From IMG/VR virus record IMGVR_UViG_2630968808_000006: a DNA stretch of 4,298 nucleotides; one strand, written 5' to 3'. Shown piece after piece: positions 1 to 4,298 of the stretch (its first letter is position 1; each line of letters opens with the position of its first letter). The notes beneath the pieces were generated by a model. The model was not told the origin of the DNA and searched no databases. It saw only the letters and a program-made list of their open reading frames with translations. Both the position numbers and the translations under genes were made by a program. This stretch comes from a virus. Lineage: Duplodnaviria; Heunggongvirae; Uroviricota; Caudoviricetes.

Positions 1-615
1 GTGAGCGAAATTAATTACCAGGCACTGCGTGAAAAGGCAGAAAAAGCAACGAGTGGTGTGTGGTCGCTCGAATATGGAGATGGCCGATTTGATGGTGATG
101 ATGCACTAATTCATCGCGAGGCTGCTGGATATATTCCCATTTGCAGAATTGAAGGAGCGCATCCTGAAAGCGGTTTCGATGAAGATTTCCAAATAGAACA
201 GCAGGCCAATGCTGAATTCATCGCCGCAGCCAATCCGGCTACCGTGCTGGCACTACTGGATGAACGGGAAAGAAACCAGCAATACATCAAACGCCGCGAC
301 CAGGAGAACGAGGATATTGCGCTAACGGTAGGGAAGCTGCGTGTTGAGCTGGAAGCAGCAGAGAACAACCTTATTGATAGTGAATGCCATGTTGCTGAAC
401 TGGAAGAAGCGCTACGCGATAAGCAGGCGTTACTTGAAGCCTCAGAAAAGCGCATAGCAGAACTGGAAGCGCGGGAAATACTGCTCCCGGAACGTAGCAG
501 CATGCTTCATCGAACAGATTTTCACGAGGATTATCAAACGGTAATGGCATACAAAGTTTCTGAAGTCATCGCTGCAATCCGCGCCGCAGGCATTCGCATC
601 AAAGAAGGTGAGTAA
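1..615 (+). CDS. ea22: Ea22-like early-left accessory protein (204 aa) with a central coiled-coil
   Basis: ORF opens with GTG at window position 1 and translates MSEINYQALRE...; central block LLDERERNQQYIKRRDQENEDIALTVGKLRVELE and C-terminal AGIRIK.GE match what I recall of lambda Ea22; heptad-like E/A/L-rich centre; sits upstream of xis/int as in lambdoid phages. Start coincides with the window edge, so the true N-terminus could lie upstream. Confidence 0.8.
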   Translation: MSEINYQALREKAEKATSGVWSLEYGDGRFDGDDALIHREAAGYIPICRIEGAHPESGFDEDFQIEQQANAEFIAAANPATVLALLDERERNQQYIKRRDQENEDIALTVGKLRVELEAAENNLIDSECHVAELEEALRDKQALLEASEKRIAELEAREILLPERSSMLHRTDFHEDYQTVMAYKVSEVIAAIRAAGIRIKEGE

Positions 616-791
616 TGCGTGTGGCATGTATCGGCTTGTTACCGTACCCGACTCGTTTTTGGGCTTCTGCGCTAATTGCAAAGCCACATATCCTGATGGC
701 TGACAACATCATCCCGGCACCAAAGCGCCGCCGTACCGGTATTGCAGCGGCACGACGTGCAGCAAAGAAACGCAGGAGAGCAAAACGATGA
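615..791 (+). CDS. small hypothetical protein (58 aa) with a strongly basic Arg/Lys C-terminal tail
   Basis: Not in the supplied ORF track (below its length cutoff); read by hand: ATG at 615 overlaps the ea22 stop (TAATG) and its TGA stop at 789-791 overlaps the next ATG (ATGA). Translation MRVACIGLLPYPTRFWASALIAKPHILMADNIIPAPKRRRTGIAAARRAAKKRRRAKR. GGTGA Shine-Dalgarno-like motif a few nt upstream. Support is overlap geometry only. Confidence 0.4.
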   Translation: MRVACIGLLPYPTRFWASALIAKPHILMADNIIPAPKRRRTGIAAARRAAKKRRRAKR

Positions 792-979
792 AAAACCGTA
801 AAGCAAAGATGCTTATTTCCCGTATATACAGCCGTTGCTATCCCAGCCAGTGGTTGAGAGTTAGCAATCGCCGTATGGTGTTGTACTTATATTCTGGAAT
901 TGCCAGAGAGGGAATCAAAGATAAGCCCAGCGCAGCGCAAAACCGCTGGAAAAACCACTTGCGCACTAAAGGAGAGTAA
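788..979 (+). CDS. hypothetical basic protein (63 aa)
   Basis: ATG at 788 preceded by AGGAGAG (771-780) with about 9 nt spacing; start overlaps the upstream stop (ATGA); its TAA stop (977-979) is 1 nt from the next start. No recognisable domain. Confidence 0.4.
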   Translation: MKNRKAKMLISRIYSRCYPSQWLRVSNRRMVLYLYSGIAREGIKDKPSAAQNRWKNHLRTKGE

Positions 980-980
980 T

Positions 981-1199
981 GTGCCAACATTATTCAGAAA
1001 AGAATATCCGCGAAGAAGTCGAATAACAGAACTCCTGTTTCTCATTCTGTTTATCGTGTTGATGATACCGATATCCCCGCTAATTTTTGTCTGGGCAATC
1101 GGGAAAATAATTGAGCCAGTTATTGAATTGTATAACGACGTGGTATGGGCGTCGTTCAACACTCTGCACAATAAAATTAATCCATATAAGGAAAACTGA
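981..1199 (+). CDS. small single-pass membrane protein (72 aa from the GTG start)
   Basis: GTG at 981 lies 6 nt after GGAG (971-974), in frame with track ORF 900..1199, whose 5' part overlaps the previous ORF in another frame. Product begins (M)PTLFRKEYPRRSR, followed by one hydrophobic stretch LLFLILFIVLMIPISPLIFVWAIG and a ~30-aa polar tail. By hand count about 38% GC versus about 50% in ea22, with rare codons ATA, AGA and CGA. Confidence 0.5.
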   Translation: MPTLFRKEYPRRSRITELLFLILFIVLMIPISPLIFVWAIGKIIEPVIELYNDVVWASFNTLHNKINPYKEN

Positions 1200-1200
1200 A

Positions 1201-1623
1201 ATGACCACCATTACCAGAGAAAGCGCGGAGATTAAATCATTCATCACTGGCTTCCTGAGCGACCCGGCGCACGATAACCAATCATCAAACAGTCTGTTTG
1301 CTGATGTGTTTCGTATCGCGCTGGCCTCGCTGGAAGCAGAACCAGTTGCATGGACTGATGACGAGGAACTGCGAGATGTTGAGCAAATTGGTTTAGGTTA
1401 TTTATTACCTTGTCCTCCAGATAAATACGCAGACCCGCGTCGTGTAATTCCGCTGTATCGTGTGCCGCCAGCTCCCATAGTGCAGGCACAGGGAATTGAG
1501 ATCGCAATAAACGAACTGGTGTCTCTGTCCCCACAGCTGGATAAACGAGCGGTGGAAACTCTTTCTATGGCTGTGGCACATCTACGTAAACTGGTTAAGA
1601 AGCAGTTGCAGGTTAAGGAATGA
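1201..1623 (+). CDS. hypothetical protein (140 aa); N-terminal domain paralogous to that of the next ORF
   Basis: ATG at 1201 preceded by AAGGAA (1188-1193) with 7 nt spacing and placed 1 nt after the upstream stop; the track's longer form from 1111 would overlap the previous gene and lacks an RBS. Shares RIALASLEAEPVA and VIP(L/V)Y..AP motifs with ORF 1627..2475. Confidence 0.65.
   Translation: MTTITRESAEIKSFITGFLSDPAHDNQSSNSLFADVFRIALASLEAEPVAWTDDEELRDVEQIGLGYLLPCPPDKYADPRRVIPLYRVPPAPIVQAQGIEIAINELVSLSPQLDKRAVETLSMAVAHLRKLVKKQLQVKE
1312..1353 (+). repeat. copy 1 of a 42-nt in-frame direct repeat encoding RIALASLEAEPVAW
   Basis: CGTATCGCGCTGGCCTCGCTGGAAGCAGAACCAGTTGCATGG; about 33/42 nt identical to 1717..1758, with most differences at codon third positions. 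Confidence 0.7.
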
Positions 1624-1626
1624 CAC

Positions 1627-2475
1627 ATGAACGCTATCACCAAAGAACGTATTGAATTGTTCATTAAAAATCCGCTTGATAACGGGCTTACCCGTGGCGA
1701 ACAAATGGAACTGGCACGAATTGCACTGGCATCACTGGAAGCAGAGCCAGTTGCTTATATTTTCAAACATCCGGCCGGAAAATTATTCTGGGCTTTGACG
1801 GATGAAAGCAATAAAGATCAATCGGACGTTATTCCTGTTTATGCTGCCGCGCCTGCGTCGGTTGTGCCGGATAATGCATCAGAGCCTCTTGCTTATGCTT
1901 ACAAAGAGCTTACGCCTGAGATTATGCGCAACCATTTAGCTGTATTCGAGCGATATGGAATAGCACCAAACGATAGCTCTACCACAATTCAGGCACTGCG
2001 AATCGCGCTGGATGGCATAGAGCGGAGCGACGCCATGCTTCATGGTGCCGAAACTGTAAGCCAAACTTACAAGTTGCCAGTTAATACACCTTGCCAAGAT
2101 GCGCCAGCCCATATCTGGCTGCAAACGGCTGGAGTATGGCCAGAAGATGGCGAGTTAAGCGAATTAACGTGGTGCAGCCACAATCAGCACCATGATGACA
2201 CGCTATATGTTCGAGCTGACCTTGTGAATGGCAACTCTCCGGTAACTACGGATGGTTGGATAAGCTGTAGTGAGAGAATGCCTGAAAAGAACCAGAACGT
2301 GCTTATTTCGGTGAATTTCGATAGTGATCTGGTTGAGCCGCTAATATGCTCCGCACGCTATACCGGAAGTACATTCCGGCGTGGAGGTGTAACGGTTATG
2401 CCAGGTAATGGTATTGAGCAAGCAACTCACTGGATGCCGCTACCGGAACCGCCGCAGGAGGTAAACCGTGGCTAA
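1627..2475 (+). CDS. prophage protein (282 aa) with a DUF551-like C-terminal domain (Eaa-type)
   Basis: ATG at 1627 preceded by AAGGAA (1615-1620). C-terminus DGWISCSERMPEKNQNVLISV...ATHWMPLPEPP resembles the W...P...THWMPLPEPP signature I associate with DUF551 enterobacterial prophage proteins (recalled, not searched). N-terminal domain is paralogous to ORF 1201..1623. Confidence 0.75.
   Translation: MNAITKERIELFIKNPLDNGLTRGEQMELARIALASLEAEPVAYIFKHPAGKLFWALTDESNKDQSDVIPVYAAAPASVVPDNASEPLAYAYKELTPEIMRNHLAVFERYGIAPNDSSTTIQALRIALDGIERSDAMLHGAETVSQTYKLPVNTPCQDAPAHIWLQTAGVWPEDGELSELTWCSHNQHHDDTLYVRADLVNGNSPVTTDGWISCSERMPEKNQNVLISVNFDSDLVEPLICSARYTGSTFRRGGVTVMPGNGIEQATHWMPLPEPPQEVNRG
1717..1758 (+). 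repeat. copy 2 of the 42-nt in-frame direct repeat encoding RIALASLEAEPVAY
   Basis: CGAATTGCACTGGCATCACTGGAAGCAGAGCCAGTTGCTTAT, 405 nt downstream of copy 1; a partial third copy CGAATCGCGCTGG at 1999-2011 encodes RIALDGIE within the same gene. Confidence 0.7.
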
Positions 2476-2752
2476 CCTGCAACTTGCTGTCAAAGGTGAA
2501 TACTTCGATGCCATGATTCGCGGGGAGAAAACGGAAGAGTATCGCCTGTGTAATGACTACTGGAAAAAGCGCCTCGTTAACCGTAAGTATGACCGCCTGA
2601 TTATCACAAAGGGATATCCGAAGCGCGACGATTCCAGCCGTAGAATTGATGTTCCGTATGACGGATATGAAATCAAGACAATCACACATCCGCACTTCGG
2701 CGATAAACCGGTAAAGGTGTTCGCGATAAAGGTGAATATCAGCAATGAATAA
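2468..2752 (+). CDS. 94-aa ASCH/PUA-like (DUF3850-like) small protein in the slot lambda uses for ea8.5
   Basis: GTG at 2468 preceded by AGGAGG (2456-2461) with 6 nt spacing; overlaps the upstream stop by 8 nt (GTGGCTAA). N-terminus LQLAVKGEYFDAMIRGEKTEEYR fits the ASCH-type pattern (L.L....YF.A...G.KT.E.R). Only one Cys, so probably not the zinc-binding lambda Ea8.5 fold. Confidence 0.65.
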   Translation: MANLQLAVKGEYFDAMIRGEKTEEYRLCNDYWKKRLVNRKYDRLIITKGYPKRDDSSRRIDVPYDGYEIKTITHPHFGDKPVKVFAIKVNISNE

Positions 2753-2785
2753 CAATCCTCGCACTCGCGGGGATTTCTTTTATCT

Positions 2786-2812
2786 GAACTCGCTACGGCG
2801 GGTTTTGTTTTA
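2786..2812 (+). terminator. weak hairpin plus U-rich tract after the 94-aa ORF (possible attenuator)
   Basis: CTCGC (2789-2793), loop TACG, GCGGG (2798-2802) with one G-U pair, followed by TTTTGTTTTAT. Short stem, interrupted T-run. Confidence 0.2.
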
Positions 2813-2824
2813 TGGAGATGATAA

Positions 2825-2992
2825 ATGCACTTCCGAGTCACAGGTGAATGGAATGGAGAGCCATTCAACAGAGTTATCGAAGCAGAGGACATCAACGACT
2901 GCTATAACCACTGGATGATATGGGCGCAGATAGCGCATGCAGACGTAACCAATATTCGAATTGAAGAACTGAAAGAACACCAAGCCGCCTGA
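2825..2992 (+). CDS. 55-aa hypothetical protein, positional equivalent of the small ORF between ea8.5 and xis in lambda
   Basis: Not in the ORF track (below its length cutoff); read by hand: ATG at 2825 is 7 nt after GGAG (2814-2817); translation MHFRVTGEWNGEPFNRVIEAEDINDCYNHWMIWAQIAHADVTNIRIEELKEHQAA; TGA stop (2990-2992) lies in the loop of the terminator hairpin. Distance to xis and int matches my recollection of the lambda map. Confidence 0.55.
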   Translation: MHFRVTGEWNGEPFNRVIEAEDINDCYNHWMIWAQIAHADVTNIRIEELKEHQAA

Positions 2993-3004
2993 TGGCGGTT
3001 TTTT
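2982..3004 (+). terminator. Rho-independent terminator (GC stem, UGAU loop, T6 tail)
   Basis: GCCGCC (2984-2989), loop TGAT (2990-2993), GGCGG (2994-2998) giving 5 G-C pairs plus flanking G-U and A-U pairs, followed by six T (2999-3004). On the minus strand the stem is followed by non-T sequence, so it is + strand specific. Confidence 0.6.
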
Positions 3005-3005
3005 C

Positions 3006-3045
3006 TTGCGTGTAATTGCGGAGACTTTGCGATGTACTTAACACT
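3006..3045 (+). promoter_or_regulatory. cII-activated pI-type promoter: TTGC-N6-TTGC box flanking the -35, with the -10 and start point inside the first codons of xis
   Basis: TTGC (3006-3009), GTGTAA, TTGC (3016-3019) is the tetranucleotide direct repeat recognised by lambda CII at pRE, pI and paQ; it lies about 13-26 nt upstream of the xis ATG (3032), matching the lambda pI arrangement. The -10 hexamer is not unambiguous (candidates TGTACT or TACTTA around 3033-3040). Confidence 0.6.
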
Positions 3046-3250
3046 TCAGGAGTGGAACGCACGCCAGCGGCGCCCAAGAAGCCTTGAAACAGTTCGTCGA
3101 TGGGTACGCGAGTGCAGGATATTCCCTCCTCCGGTTAAGGATGGAAGAGAGTATCTGTTCCACGAATCAGCGGTAAAGGTTGACTTAAATCGACCAGTAA
3201 CAGGTAGCCTTTTGAAGAGGATCAGAAATGGGAAGAAGGCGAAGTCATGA
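3032..3250 (+). CDS. xis: excisionase Xis (72 aa), lambda type
   Basis: ATG at 3032 is 8 nt after GGAG (3020-3023); product MYLTLQEWNARQRRPRSLETVRRWVRECRIFPPPVKDGREYLFHESAVKVDLNRPVTGSLLKRIRNGKKAKS matches lambda Xis as I recall it; overlaps int by 23 nt as in lambda. Confidence 0.95.
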   Translation: MYLTLQEWNARQRRPRSLETVRRWVRECRIFPPPVKDGREYLFHESAVKVDLNRPVTGSLLKRIRNGKKAKS

Positions 3251-4298
3251 GCGCCGGGATTTACCCCCTAACCTTTATATAAGAAACAATGGATATTACT
3301 GCTACAGGGACCCAAGGACGGGTAAAGAGTTTGGATTAGGCCGAGACAGGCGAATCGCAATCACTGAAGCTATACAGGCCAACATTGAGTTATTTTCAGG
3401 ACACAAACACAAGCCTCTGACAGCGAGAATCAACAGTGATAATTCTGTTACGTTACATTCATGGCTTGATCGCTACGAAAAAATCCTCGCCAGCAGAGGA
3501 ATCAAGCAGAAGACACTCATAAATTACATGAGCAAAATTAAAGCAATAAGGAGGGGTCTGCCTGATGCTCCACTTGAAGACATCACCACAAAAGAAATTG
3601 CGGCAATGCTCAATGGATACATAGACGAGGGCAAGGCGGCGTCAGCCAAGTTAATCAGATCAACACTGAGCGATGCATTCCGAGAGGCAATAGCTGAAGG
3701 CCATATAACAACAAACCCGGTCGCTGCCACTCGCGCAGCAAAATCAGAGGTAAGGAGATCAAGACTTACGGCTGACGAATACCTGAAAATTTATCAAGCA
3801 GCAGAATCATCACCATGTTGGCTTAGACTTGCAATGGAACTGGCTGTTGTTACCGGGCAGCGAGTTGGTGATTTATGCGAAATGAAGTGGTCTGATATCA
3901 TAGATGGCTATCTTTATGTCGAGCAAAGCAAAACCGGCGTAAAAATTGCCATCCCAACAACATTGCATGTTGATGCTCTTGGGATATCAATGAAGGAAAC
4001 ACTTGATAAATGCAAAGAGATTCTTGGCGGAGAAACCATAATTGCATCTACTCGTCGTGAACCGCTTTCATCCGGCACAGTATCAAGGTATTTTATGCGC
4101 GCACGAAAAGCATCAGGTCTTTCCTTCGAAGGGGATCCGCCTACCTTTCACGAGTTGCGCAGTTTGTCTGCAAGACTCTATGAGAAGCAGATAAGCGATA
4201 AGTTTGCTCAACATCTTCTCGGGCATAAGTCGGACACCATGGCATCACAGTATCGTGATGACAGAGGCAGGGAGTGGGACAAAATTGAAATCAAATAA
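3228..4298 (+). CDS. int: tyrosine site-specific integrase Int (356 aa), lambda type
   Basis: N-terminal arm-binding region MGRRRSHERRDLPPNLYIRNNGYYCYRDPRTGKEFGLG; catalytic residues at lambda Int positions: R in VTGQRVGDL (R212), H308-x-x-R311 in TFHELRSL, H333 and Y342 in LLGHKSDTMASQY (positions counted from the translation). GAGG RBS 7 nt upstream. Complete ORF ending TAA at 4296-4298. Confidence 0.97.
   Translation: MGRRRSHERRDLPPNLYIRNNGYYCYRDPRTGKEFGLGRDRRIAITEAIQANIELFSGHKHKPLTARINSDNSVTLHSWLDRYEKILASRGIKQKTLINYMSKIKAIRRGLPDAPLEDITTKEIAAMLNGYIDEGKAASAKLIRSTLSDAFREAIAEGHITTNPVAATRAAKSEVRRSRLTADEYLKIYQAAESSPCWLRLAMELAVVTGQRVGDLCEMKWSDIIDGYLYVEQSKTGVKIAIPTTLHVDALGISMKETLDKCKEILGGETIIASTRREPLSSGTVSRYFMRARKASGLSFEGDPPTFHELRSLSARLYEKQISDKFAQHLLGHKSDTMASQYRDDRGREWDKIEIK

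Noticed and set aside
111-503. Minus-strand 130-aa ORF, very Ser/Ala-rich
   Set aside because: Fully antisense to the well-supported ea22-like gene; the Ser/Ala richness is the expected mirror of a Glu/Ala/Leu-rich coiled-coil coding strand. No RBS, and it runs against the direction of the operon.
442-687. Minus-strand 81-aa ORF
   Set aside because: Antisense to ea22 and orf58, with no start context; operon polarity and the overlapping + strand junctions argue against it.
887-1171. Minus-strand 94-aa ORF
   Set aside because: Antisense to orf63 and orf72 in an AT-rich region where random ORFs are common; no supporting signals.
900-1199. Long form (99 aa) of the membrane-protein ORF starting at ATG 900
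   Set aside because: Its first 27 codons overlap orf63 in another frame and lack an RBS; the in-frame GTG at 981 sits 6 nt after GGAG and immediately after the orf63 stop, which fits the coupling pattern of the rest of the operon.
1111-1623. Long form (170 aa) of ORF 1201..1623 starting at ATG 1111
   Set aside because: The extension overlaps the membrane-protein gene out of frame and its N-terminal 30 residues look non-protein-like; ATG 1201 has an AAGGAA RBS and sits 1 nt after the upstream stop.
1244-1664. Minus-strand ORFs 1244..1534 and 1398..1664
   Set aside because: Antisense to orf140 and orf282, mutually overlapping, with no RBS; the + strand genes carry paralogy and domain evidence.
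1936-2124. Minus-strand 62-aa ORF
   Set aside because: Antisense within the DUF551-like gene; too short and unsupported.
2812-2847. ATG at 2812 closer to the GGAG
   Set aside because: This frame hits TGA after about 11 codons; the ATG at 2825 gives the 55-aa ORF that ends in the terminator loop and has proper RBS spacing.
2396-3077. Minus-strand ORFs 2396..2764, 2557..2895 and 2892..3077
   Set aside because: Antisense to the 94-aa ORF, orf55 and the start of xis; they also cross the + strand terminator and promoter signals, which make sense only for + strand expression.
3524-3730. Minus-strand 68-aa ORF inside int
   Set aside because: Antisense to int, whose reading frame is supported by catalytic-residue positions along its full length.
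4200-4298. Search for attP core, Int arm sites, sib or tI downstream of int
   Set aside because: The window ends at the int stop codon; in lambda these elements lie beyond it, so they cannot be assessed here. No att-like core was seen inside the window.
1-4298. CRISPR arrays, tRNA or rRNA genes, IS elements
   Set aside because: No spaced direct repeats, no tRNA-like cloverleaf candidates, and no transposase-like ORFs or terminal inverted repeats were seen; the only repeats are the in-frame coding repeats at 1312..1353, 1717..1758 and 1999..2011.

Overview
This window is the integrase-proximal end of a lambda-like (lambdoid) prophage early-left region, with every supported gene on the + strand. 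In order: an Ea22-like coiled-coil gene (1..615); a translationally coupled cassette of five uncharacterised ORFs (615..2475) including a small basic protein, a small membrane protein and two paralogous proteins, the larger with a DUF551-like C-terminus; a 94-aa ASCH/PUA-like ORF (2468..2752); a 55-aa ORF (2825..2992); an intrinsic terminator abutting a cII-type TTGC-N6-TTGC promoter element; then xis (3032..3250) and int (3228..4298) with the classic 23-nt overlap. Int and Xis match phage lambda essentially residue for residue from memory (no search was possible). The block between ea22 and the int-proximal genes is not lambda-like and is the best candidate for anything undescribed, but its function cannot be read from sequence alone. 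The window ends exactly at the int stop codon, so attP and the integration site are not visible. No tRNA, rRNA, CRISPR array or insertion sequence was seen. All minus-strand ORFs in the track are antisense to well-supported + strand genes and are rejected.
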